Shown in pieces: positions 56,982 to 64,000 of a DNA stretch of 64,000 nt (its first letter is position 1; the number at the start of each line of letters is the position of its first letter). A program made the position numbers and the translations under genes. The stretch spans positions 254,456 to 318,455 of the forward strand of contig JAIOOV010000004.1 in assembly GCA_021414235.1 (NCBI GenBank), in the 5' to 3' direction. The notes under the pieces were generated by a model. It worked only from the letters and a program-made list of their open reading frames with translations. It had not been told where the DNA came from and searched no databases. The stretch is from Candidatus Parcubacteria bacterium. Its GTDB lineage: Bacteria; Patescibacteriota; Minisyncoccia; Phycocordibacterales; JAKFXT01.

Positions 56982-58301
56982 CTAGGACTTGAAGAAGGAG
57001 GCTAGTTCGGTGCGGGAGAGCTTGGTTTCGGTGCCGGAAGCGAGCTCTTTGACGGCGAAGATGCCGCTCGTTAGCTCGCGTTCACCGACCACGAGTACAT
57101 AGGGGATGCGCTGCTTGTCGGCAGCACCAATCTGGTCACCGATCTTGCGAGAGGTGAAGTCGACGGCGACATTCACTCCCTGCGCCCGTAGTTCGGAGGC
57201 GAGAGCCGCGAGTGCAGCAGATTCTGCGCCGTCTGCGCGGCAGATATAGAGGGTGGTCGCTGGTTTGTATTCTGGGATAAGGCCGTGCACGTCGAGGAAG
57301 TCACGTAGGGTCACGTCACCCATGCCGAAGCCTACGGCAGGCATCTTTTCTGCGCCGAAGATGGAGAGGAGGTCGTCATAGCGGCCGCCGCCGAAGAGTG
57401 ACCGGCGATTCTCCGGAGAGGTATCGAAGAGTTCGAAGACGATCCCTGTGTAGTAATCAAAGCCGCGCATGAGGGAGGGGCTGAAACGCGCATTCCTTAT
57501 TCCTGAGGCAGAGAGTCCGCGAAGGACTTCCTCGAGTTCTGTCACCGCTTTGTGTGCACTTAGGGCAGGCACCTCTCTGAGGAAGCTCTCGAGGTCTTCG
57601 CTCGCCAGTACTTTCTCTATTGTTTCGCTAGCCTCTCCCGCTATCTCCCTCGCTGCAGCGCTCCAAGCAGCCGCTTCCATCTTGTTCTTGCGATCGATGA
57701 GCTTGAAGAGCTTGTGAGACTGCTCTTCAGAGAGGCCGAGCTCAAGGGTGAGTGCATTCATGAGGGCGCGATGGTTCACCAGGATGTTGAAATCTGCGTC
57801 CGTTGCGCCAAGGTGCTTCATGATGCCCGAGGCTACCGAGATGACCTCGATCTCTGCTTCGGTACCTTCTACTCCGAATATGTCCACGTTCAATTGATAG
57901 TGCTCGCGCAGGCGGCCGCGCTGCGGCTGCTCATATCTGAAAAGATTGGGGATGGAATACCAACGTAGGGGGAGGGCCAGTTCGCGGCGCTTGCCGGCGA
58001 CCATGCGGGCTACGGTCGGAGTCATCTCCGGGCGGAGGGTCACTTCGCGGCCGCCGCGGTCGGTGAAGGTGTAGGTCTGCTCGTTTACGATCTCTTCGCC
58101 GCTCTTGGCTTTGTAGAGCTCGGTGGATTCGAGGGGGGAGGCGGTATATTCGAGATAGCCGAAGCGCTCCGAGACGGTGCGCATGCCTCCCAGGATGTGG
58201 TTGAGGACGGACATGTCCTCGGGATAGAAGTCACGGGTGCCCTTGTAGGGGTCAGTAGAGAGGGAGGTGGGATCGGCCATGGATAGGCCAGATAGTAGCA
58301 A
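56982..58301 (-). CDS. hisS: histidine--tRNA ligase (start either TTG 58301 with an AGGAGG SD, or ATG 58280)
   Basis: Class II aaRS HisS motifs YKGTRDFYPEDM, TLRPEMT, anticodon-binding C-terminal domain. Confidence 0.9.
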   Translation of the reverse strand: MLLSGLSMADPTSLSTDPYKGTRDFYPEDMSVLNHILGGMRTVSERFGYLEYTASPLESTELYKAKSGEEIVNEQTYTFTDRGGREVTLRPEMTPTVARMVAGKRRELALPLRWYSIPNLFRYEQPQRGRLREHYQLNVDIFGVEGTEAEIEVISVASGIMKHLGATDADFNILVNHRALMNALTLELGLSEEQSHKLFKLIDRKNKMEAAAWSAAAREIAGEASETIEKVLASEDLESFLREVPALSAHKAVTELEEVLRGLSASGIRNARFSPSLMRGFDYYTGIVFELFDTSPENRRSLFGGGRYDDLLSIFGAEKMPAVGFGMGDVTLRDFLDVHGLIPEYKPATTLYICRADGAESAALAALASELRAQGVNVAVDFTSRKIGDQIGAADKQRIPYVLVVGERELTSGIFAVKELASGTETKLSRTELASFFKS

Positions 58302-58500
58302 ATATCCCTCCTCCTACCAAGCTGGAATGGCGGGGGAAGCTGTGTAGAGGCTCGCTTGTCGGGAGAGTTAAAGAGTGCTATAAAACGGGCAAGTAGTTGA
58401 TTCTTGTAGGGTCCGCGATTGGAAAGGAGAAGTTTCTTCCAGAGCCATCGTTCGGGTTTGAAGAGAGGGTCGCGCTACTTTAGAAATCAATTCGATTACG

Positions 58501-58830
58501 ATGGCAAAGAAACTCTATGTCGGTGGTCTGCCGTACTCTACGACGGACTCCGAGCTTCGCGATGCGTTCGCTACGGTTGGCGTAGTGGAAGCTGCTTCGA
58601 TCGTTATGGACAAGATGACGGGCCGCTCTCGCGGTTTCGGATTCGTGACCATGCCGAACGACGCTGAAGCAGACAAGGCAATCGAGACGATGAATGGTGC
58701 AGACCTCGGTGGTCGCGCTATCACCGTCAACGAGGCACGTCCTCTCACTGATCGTCCTCCCCGACGCGACGCAGGTCGTGGCGGATATGGCGGCAACGGT
58801 GGTGGTATGGGCGGTCGCGGCGGCTACTAA
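58501..58830 (+). CDS. RRM-domain RNA-binding protein with a Gly/Arg-rich C-terminal tail
   Basis: RNP-2 LYVGGL, RNP-1 RGFGFVTM; C-terminal RGGYGGNGGGMGGRGGY. Confidence 0.85.
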   Translation: MAKKLYVGGLPYSTTDSELRDAFATVGVVEAASIVMDKMTGRSRGFGFVTMPNDAEADKAIETMNGADLGGRAITVNEARPLTDRPPRRDAGRGGYGGNGGGMGGRGGY

Positions 58831-58840
58831 GTCGACGCAA

Positions 58841-58881
58841 AACAAAAGACCCTGTCCGAAAGGACAGGGTCTTTTGTTTTC
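58841..58881. terminator. bidirectional intrinsic terminator
   Basis: AAAAGACCCTGTCC-gaaa-GGACAGGGTCTTTTGTTTTC. Confidence 0.8.
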
Positions 58882-58882
58882 A

Positions 58883-59230
58883 TTACTTGGTCCTATCCTG
58901 CCGGAAGAGCGTCATGAAGAATTCGAAGAGGTGTCCCTTGCGTTTGAAATGCTTGCCTTTCACTACTGCATACGTGCCGACGCCGTTGCCAAGCGCGTAG
59001 GCGAGGATGATGCCGAGCTGCTGGCCTTCCAGATCGCCGAGGATCTCGTAGAGCACCAGGATACCGACTACGGTGACTACGAAAGAGAGGAAACCGGAGC
59101 GGAGGGGGTAGTCCTTGGAGATCGCTTGGTAATAGAGGGTGATGAGGAGGTCCTGGAAGAAGCCGACACTGAAGAAGAGCAGATACTGGCTCCAGGCTGC
59201 GCCTTGAAAGATCGACAGGAGAGAATCCAT
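58883..59230 (-). CDS. hypothetical 3-4 TM membrane protein
   Basis: 115 aa, hydrophobic helices; terminator immediately downstream. Confidence 0.45.
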   Translation of the reverse strand: MDSLLSIFQGAAWSQYLLFFSVGFFQDLLITLYYQAISKDYPLRSGFLSFVVTVVGILVLYEILGDLEGQQLGIILAYALGNGVGTYAVVKGKHFKRKGHLFEFFMTLFRQDRTK

Positions 59231-59321
59231 GAAATCAGTATACTACGCGTCTCTTTTGGGGGATGTGGATGAAGGGGATAAGAGCATTCATTGTAGTCCT
59301 CTGCTCCTGTAAGATAGAGGC

Positions 59322-59504
59322 ATGAGAGGATACTCCAGAGGGTTCGCAGCGCCGGGCGCCGTAATTTTTCTGGCGGTCATCGGCATCGTCGTGTGGTATC
59401 GCAATCACAACGACCCCCAGGCTACTTCTTCCGCTACTACGACCGTCTCTGTTCGGGCTGAAGCCAAGCTTTCAGGCGAAGGCAAGACTTCTTCAATTCG
59501 CTAG
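59322..59504 (+). CDS. hypothetical small single-TM protein (60 aa)
   Basis: One hydrophobic helix; weak. Confidence 0.2.
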   Translation: MRGYSRGFAAPGAVIFLAVIGIVVWYRNHNDPQATSSATTTVSVRAEAKLSGEGKTSSIR

Positions 59505-59549
59505 TCGCTATCAACAACCAAGAGTATCTTCCTGAGGTATACTTTTTGT

Positions 59550-60164
59550 ATGAAAAAACACATCGCTCTGGGTGTCGCGGTGGTAGCGGCTCTCTCCGTA
59601 GTCATCCTCATGTTCACCTCGCTTCTGCCGCTTCCTGGGACAGAGCGTCCTGTGGTGCCGTCTCCGACAGTTACCCCCTCCGGCACCCCGGTAGGCATAG
59701 AGACCTATGACGCGCCAGAGTTCGGCTTGAGTTTTGATTACCCATCTCACTACATGGTCTGGGAAGAAGAGGTGGGTACGGCACAGCGCGGCCACTATCA
59801 TATCCAGCTGGTTGAGGATACGCAGGAGAATCGCAATCTGAAACTAGGGCTCTCGCCGGGCCGCGAAGGGCCGACAGCCATTTCCTTCGAAGTATTTCAG
59901 AATAATCGGGATAAGACGGGTCTTCTTGATTGGGTGAAGGGGAATGCTAATTCCAATTTCAAGCTAGGGGACGGCACTTACGAGGAGGCGGAGATCGGTG
60001 GAACATCTGCCATCTTCTATCGCCATAGCGGGCTCTACGAAGCCAATGCCTTCGTCTTTGCGCACGGGGGAAACATCATCAAAGCGACGGTTACATACCT
60101 CACGCCGGAAGATCCCATCATCGACGATTTCTCCACGGTGCTCTCTTCTGTCGATCTCTACTAA
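59550..60164 (+). CDS. secreted/membrane-anchored hypothetical protein
   Basis: N-terminal anchor MKKHIALGVAVVAALSVVILMF; Pro/Thr linker; TATACT 6 nt upstream of the ATG. Confidence 0.5.
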   Translation: MKKHIALGVAVVAALSVVILMFTSLLPLPGTERPVVPSPTVTPSGTPVGIETYDAPEFGLSFDYPSHYMVWEEEVGTAQRGHYHIQLVEDTQENRNLKLGLSPGREGPTAISFEVFQNNRDKTGLLDWVKGNANSNFKLGDGTYEEAEIGGTSAIFYRHSGLYEANAFVFAHGGNIIKATVTYLTPEDPIIDDFSTVLSSVDLY

Positions 60165-60165
60165 G

Positions 60166-60199
60166 AAAAAGCCCCGCGCAGTGCGCGGGGCTTTTTCTT
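60166..60199. terminator. bidirectional intrinsic terminator, copy 2 of the repeated 30-nt element
   Basis: AAGAAAAAGCCCCGCGCA-gt-GCGCGGGGCTTTTTCTTA. Confidence 0.8.
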
Positions 60200-60680
60200 A
60201 GACCTCGAAGCGAAGTTCCAAGGTCTCGCCATATGGCGTGCTCTTCCATTGGCCCCAGAGGTTCTGGAAGCGGTTCTTTATTTTCGTAACCGCTTCTTTG
60301 GTGAGCCACTCCGGCATCGGCTCATGGTAGGCATCAAAGGCATTCTGCATCGCGGCGAGGAAATCTTCCGGAGTGAGCGCGTCGCGGATTACTCCGGTGA
60401 GGCCGCCGACAAGCCTCTCCGTGACACCTCGCTCTCCGGTCATAAGTTCCTCTCCCATAGCTTCCGGTGTCATGGTGTCGTAAGAGTTCCCTGCGGCGAG
60501 CATCCCATAGAAAGAATGGGCTAGCTTGGCCTCGCTCTCGAGAGCGAGATGGATGAAATCGTGGAGAAGGAACGCTTTGCTCTCAAGCTCAAGGCTCTCT
60601 CCGGAGCCATCCTCGCGGCGATATTCGAAGCGGTGATGAATCGCAGAGATTTTGGTGAAGCGGAGGGTGAGCGAGGTCAT
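60198..60680 (-). CDS. hypothetical cytoplasmic protein (160 aa)
   Basis: ORF adjacent to the DUF1360 gene with a 1-nt gap (operon). Confidence 0.45.
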   Translation of the reverse strand: MTSLTLRFTKISAIHHRFEYRREDGSGESLELESKAFLLHDFIHLALESEAKLAHSFYGMLAAGNSYDTMTPEAMGEELMTGERGVTERLVGGLTGVIRDALTPEDFLAAMQNAFDAYHEPMPEWLTKEAVTKIKNRFQNLWGQWKSTPYGETLELRFEV

Positions 60681-60681
60681 G

Positions 60682-61188
60682 TCAGATCATGCGCTCCTTT
60701 TCTCCGACTTTAAGCTTTTGCAGTTCTGCGCTCCAGCCGAGGAGGTTCGCTCCGAGCTGAAGCAGGGTGGCGACTCCAGAGAGCGCGAGCACTAGGATGA
60801 GGTACCAGCTCCAGGAGGCAAGGAAATACAGAGTAGTCGTAAACAGTGCGAACCAGACACCGAGGCACCAGGGGCAGGAGAGGAGATCAGAGATAGTGCG
60901 TCGCGGGCCGTCTTGCGGTACTGAACGCTCTACGTACGTGATGCCGTCGAGGGTGGTCTCACGGCTCTCCTTGAAGAGGTCTCGGAACCAAGCAGTGATC
61001 TTGTCGTAGACGAAGAGGCGGGTGAGGCGGAAAGTGGCGAGCGCGATGAGGCTGAAGTCAGCCAGGGGAATTGATTGGGGGAGGGAGCCCACATTCCGGT
61101 AAAGGATATACATCGCTCCTCCAAGGAGGGCGAGAAAGAGAAGGCTGAAGAGGAAGTTCCAGGAGTGCTGGTTATTTTTAGGTTCCAT
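60682..61188 (-). CDS. DUF1360-family membrane protein
   Basis: CPWCLGVW motif and flanking TM helices. Confidence 0.6.
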   Translation of the reverse strand: MEPKNNQHSWNFLFSLLFLALLGGAMYILYRNVGSLPQSIPLADFSLIALATFRLTRLFVYDKITAWFRDLFKESRETTLDGITYVERSVPQDGPRRTISDLLSCPWCLGVWFALFTTTLYFLASWSWYLILVLALSGVATLLQLGANLLGWSAELQKLKVGEKERMI

Positions 61189-61220
61189 AGTCCCATTATC
61201 CTACTCTTCGTGTATCTCGC

Positions 61221-61260
61221 AAGAAAAGGAAACGCCGCCCACGCATGATGCGTGGGCGGC
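61221..61260 (-). terminator. intrinsic terminator with a perfect 13-bp palindrome
   Basis: GCCGCCCACGCAT-g-ATGCGTGGGCGGC; on the minus strand it is followed by GTTTCCTTTTCTTG. Confidence 0.65.
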
Positions 61261-61275
61261 TGGCTCCGAAGAGCT

Positions 61276-61887
61276 TTAGGGTTGGGAGTCCGAAGTTGCT
61301 CCAGCCGCGACGAACGTGCGGCGGTTGACCAGGAAGCGTACCCAGGCCGTGGCGGCGAGTTCCAGGGCGGTTGCGAAGACGAACGCGGTGAGACAGGTGC
61401 CGGTGAAGGCCCCCATCCGATACGCGCCCTGCTGCCAGAGCACGAGCAGGATCAGGGTCATGCCGAACGCGGTGACGAAGGTGATCAGAGACCAGAGCAT
61501 GTCCTTCATGCCGATCTGCTCCGAGCGCTCCGCCGACTTGAGGAGGAGCATGACCTGGCCTGCGAAATAGCAGAAGGCCATCGCCCATGGGACCGACCAG
61601 ACCCAGGGCCGGATGGGTTCGTAGGCGGGGTTCCACAGGTAAGCCCCGATCAGCCAGAGGGGCACGAGCCAGGCGCAGTGGCCAGCCAGGAAACAGCTCC
61701 AGTCGTCGGCCGTGCGCGGGAGGAAGCGGAAGGGGCGGCGGTGGGTAGCGGCGATGACTCCCACTTCGTTGAGGGTACGCGCGGGTTGCGTCGTCATTGC
61801 GGGGACTTTCTTGGTTGTGGAAGGGCTAGGCGTACTGAGGAAAGCATACTTCATTTGTAGTATATTGTCAACTGATGTATTTGACAA
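61276..61887 (-). CDS. hypothetical Trp-rich polytopic membrane protein (real start probably internal, e.g. 61854 or 61797)
   Basis: Multiple TM helices; the 5' end overlaps the divergent promoter region. Confidence 0.4.
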   Translation of the reverse strand: MSNTSVDNILQMKYAFLSTPSPSTTKKVPAMTTQPARTLNEVGVIAATHRRPFRFLPRTADDWSCFLAGHCAWLVPLWLIGAYLWNPAYEPIRPWVWSVPWAMAFCYFAGQVMLLLKSAERSEQIGMKDMLWSLITFVTAFGMTLILLVLWQQGAYRMGAFTGTCLTAFVFATALELAATAWVRFLVNRRTFVAAGATSDSQP

Positions 61888-61909
61888 TACATATTTATAC
61901 TGCTATAAT
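61864..61909 (+). promoter_or_regulatory. consensus sigma70 promoter TTGACA-17-TATAAT overlapped by an 8-bp inverted repeat ATTGTCAA-N9-TTGACAAT (putative operator)
   Basis: TTGACA and TATAAT with an exact 17-nt spacer; the palindrome's right half is the -35 element; downstream gene starts GTG 61947 with a GGGAGG SD. Confidence 0.55.
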
Positions 61910-61946
61910 TAAGACCGCAAATTAACCCTGATCCTGGGAGGAAAAA

Positions 61947-62708
61947 GTGAAAAGAATCTCGACTCGTACCAAGCTTGTGGGCTTGGTTGCGGCGGGGTTC
62001 CTTCTCCTGGGGCTCGCTGCGTACTTTTACAATCCAGAAGAATGGAGTCCCGAATGGGCGCTGCTCAGCGTCGCCGGCCTCCTCTTCGCGGAAGGTGCCG
62101 CTGTGGCTACTGTCACGAGTTTCTTACGAGGCTTTGTGGTCCGCTACGGAGTCATGAAGCTCCTGCCCTTCATCCTGGTTATCGCCGTACCTATCCTGTG
62201 GCGCAGGGCAGCGCGGACACGCTTCCTCCGGTCTTCTCAGAAGGCGAAGGAACTCCACGCAATCGCGTGGGAATATTGGCAAAGCTTGCCTTGGCTCTTG
62301 CGCTTGTTGTTGGTGGGCGGGTCTTGCGTCTTCATGGTCATCGTCGCGCTCGTGGCAGGATCCATCCTCGGTATCGTCACCATCTTCGGAGTCCGTATCG
62401 CGGTGTCTAGTTCGGTGATGTCCTGGCTTTGGTACAAGACCATCGCTTTCCTCGCGCGACTCGCGCTCGGGAAGTGGGTGGAGCGTAACTGCTCCATGGT
62501 CTGGAACTATCTGCCGGAAGACAAGCGGGCTCGGATCCGCAAGAGGTACCGGGAGCTCTGGTGGCTCACGCTCCGCCGTACCGTGCGTAGGAAGCTTGTC
62601 TATGGGAGGCGAGCTCGCGTGGTTCTTGAGCAGCATATGCGCGAGGCAGCTCGCCAGCGCATTCTTGGAAACCGCCTGCCGCACCCTCGCGAGCACGGCA
62701 TTCAATGA
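61947..62708 (+). CDS. hypothetical membrane protein with a basic C-terminal tail
   Basis: GTG start with a GGGAGG SD; 4-5 TM helices, Arg-rich C-terminus. Confidence 0.5.
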   Translation: MKRISTRTKLVGLVAAGFLLLGLAAYFYNPEEWSPEWALLSVAGLLFAEGAAVATVTSFLRGFVVRYGVMKLLPFILVIAVPILWRRAARTRFLRSSQKAKELHAIAWEYWQSLPWLLRLLLVGGSCVFMVIVALVAGSILGIVTIFGVRIAVSSSVMSWLWYKTIAFLARLALGKWVERNCSMVWNYLPEDKRARIRKRYRELWWLTLRRTVRRKLVYGRRARVVLEQHMREAARQRILGNRLPHPREHGIQ

Positions 62709-62720
62709 AGGAGGAAATCG

Positions 62721-62953
62721 TGAACAACCCCGGACTTTGGTTCCTCGGAATCTCGGTCATCGCAAACCTCTTCCTGCTTCCCTGGTCTTTCAAGAAGATG
62801 CGTTTGGCATCGTCGACGAAGTACGCGAATGGGGAATATCGTCGCGGGTTCAGGAGTGATCGAAATCGCGAGACGTACCTTTTCGCTCTCTCAGTCATGA
62901 TGCTCGTGCTTCTCGTCAGCCTCTTCGTCAACGAGCTGATCGGAGGGCGCTAA
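62721..62953 (+). CDS. small 2-TM membrane protein (GTG start after an AAGGAGG SD; the tool ORF starts at ATG 62705)
   Basis: AAGGAGGaaatcGTG; hydrophobic helices. Confidence 0.4.
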
Positions 62954-62978
62954 GCGTAGTATAAGCACTTCAAAACCT

Positions 62979-63020
62979 TCGGCCGCTGCGTCCTCGACGC
63001 GGCGGCCGATTTCTTTTGCT
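62979..63020 (+). terminator. intrinsic terminator
   Basis: CGGCCGCTGCG-tcctcgac-GCGGCGGCCG ATTTCTTTTG. Confidence 0.6.
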
Positions 63021-63045
63021 CATAAAACCAACTTAGATCACCCTC

Positions 63046-63074
63046 TTGACAGATTTAATTAATTAGGTTAATAT
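63046..63074 (+). promoter_or_regulatory. promoter TTGACA-17-TAATAT for the last gene
   Basis: TTGACAgatttaattaattaggtTAATAT. Confidence 0.4.
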
Positions 63075-63132
63075 GTTCAACGGACTGCTTTTTGGCAGAC
63101 CTTCTTCCAACCACTGGATAAGAGGACTACAG

Positions 63133-64000
63133 ATGCTTATTCGCTCCCTCCGCGGGCTCGTGGCGGCCGCCCTCCTGGCGCTCGCCCTGCCTGTCTCGGC
63201 CTTCGCACAGGCTGTCCCGGCCTCCTACACGGAGCCCTTCAGCCTCGAGAAAGCCATCTCCGGGACGATGTCGGCGACCTTCAACACCCGGACCAACAAG
63301 GACCGTACCGGCAAGCTGCCGGCGGGTAGCCCGGCCATCGGCCAGCAGGACATCTACCAGGTGAACCTGCAGGTCGCCAAGTCCACCTTCTTCGACGGTA
63401 CCATCAAGCGCCAGCCCTGGATTCCCACGGCGACGCTCGGCACCACCGCCCAGGTCGGCTTCCTCGAATACACTCTGCGCACCGGCGTCATCAACCCGGC
63501 GAATCCGACCCAGACGCGCGTTCTCGGCTCCTTGATCGGTGGCCTTTCCCTCGACAACGAGGGCAAGTACCACCTCACCAAGCCGCCCGCGGGCATGGGC
63601 GAGTTGCGTATGGCCATCGAGTCGGCTGGCCCCGTCCCCGGCTTCGTCTCGAAGTTCGGTGGCGAGATCGAAGGGCGCGTGCCCGAGAGCGCAGGGGCGC
63701 TCGGCTTCCTCGCCAAGGCCAAGGCCAAGGGCGAGAAGCACTTCGCCCTCTACGTCGAAGGTCGTCCGGTGAAGGCCACGATCAAGAACTCCGATCCGGT
63801 CGGGTTCCAGAACGTGAAGCTCGCCTCCGGGCCGGTCGCCGGTTATCCGGAGGTCATCCTGAACGGGTCCATGGACTTCGATCCGGAGAACAGCGTCTGG
63901 TATCTCGACCTCCAGGCGAACTACGGCCAGAAGCCGGATCGCTTCAGCGGCACCATCCGCTGGATCGACGACCCGAAGCGGGCCCAGAACGGGCTCGGCT
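63133..64000 (+). CDS. secreted hypothetical protein, partial (runs off the window end), high GC (~66%); absent from the ORF track
   Basis: Hand translation: MLIRSLRGLVAAALLALALPVSAFAQAVPASYTEPFSLEKAISG... with no stop to the window end; AAGAGGA SD 7 nt upstream of the ATG. Confidence 0.55.
   Translation, partial: MLIRSLRGLVAAALLALALPVSAFAQAVPASYTEPFSLEKAISGTMSATFNTRTNKDRTGKLPAGSPAIGQQDIYQVNLQVAKSTFFDGTIKRQPWIPTATLGTTAQVGFLEYTLRTGVINPANPTQTRVLGSLIGGLSLDNEGKYHLTKPPAGMGELRMAIESAGPVPGFVSKFGGEIEGRVPESAGALGFLAKAKAKGEKHFALYVEGRPVKATIKNSDPVGFQNVKLASGPVAGYPEVILNGSMDFDPENSVWYLDLQANYGQKPDRFSGTIRWIDDPKRAQNGLG

Overview
This is a 64-kb, gene-dense bacterial window at roughly 55-60% GC, with a few higher- and lower-GC islands. 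Its content (a 500-aa IF-2, a 347-aa DnaX, a 501-aa Rel, many small membrane proteins and one giant surface protein) suggests a reduced-genome lineage of the Patescibacteria/CPR type; that placement is inference only. No CRISPR array, rRNA, integrase or transposase was seen.

The housekeeping backbone is: rbfA-infB, a cysteine desulfurase, clpB, tRNA-Tyr, rpmG, tRNA-Trp, miaA, a 2-Cys peroxiredoxin, tRNA-Leu, parB, a RelA/SpoT enzyme, topA-dprA, serS, an FtsQ-like protein, dus, a PyrE-like phosphoribosyltransferase, dnaX, tRNA-Gln, an RluB-type pseudouridine synthase, a DEAD-box helicase, ddl, bcp, uppP, hisS and an RRM protein.

The accessory content is:
- a catalytically dead HtrA-like protein;
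- a four-gene glycosylation cluster with overlapping genes;
- a membrane/redox cluster (small secreted protein, MauE-like CxC protein, TspO, DoxX);
- secreted cell-wall hydrolases (GH18 with a peptidoglycan-binding domain, and an SLT lytic transglycosylase);
- a small-molecule-modifying block (VOC, DUF1428, HI0933 flavoprotein, GNAT) and a C39-like peptidase with TPR repeats;
- an 11.3-kb gene for a ~3750-aa surface protein with three N-terminal hydrophobic segments and a 15-residue polyproline tract. About 35 alternating divergent InlB-B-repeat/Ig-like modules follow, then an FN3-like segment, a ~390-aa S/T/N-rich decapeptide-repeat (beta-helix-like) region and a PKD domain, ending in a C-terminal peptidoglycan-binding domain with Pro-rich linkers.

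The most striking regulatory signal is recurrent: a -10-like hexamer sits 6 nt (once 5 nt) upstream of the ATG at eight or more genes, which implies widespread leaderless mRNAs. Several textbook TTGACA-17-TATAAT promoters and a near-identical bidirectional terminator present in two copies were also found.

Coordinates were read by hand and may be off by 1-2 nt.
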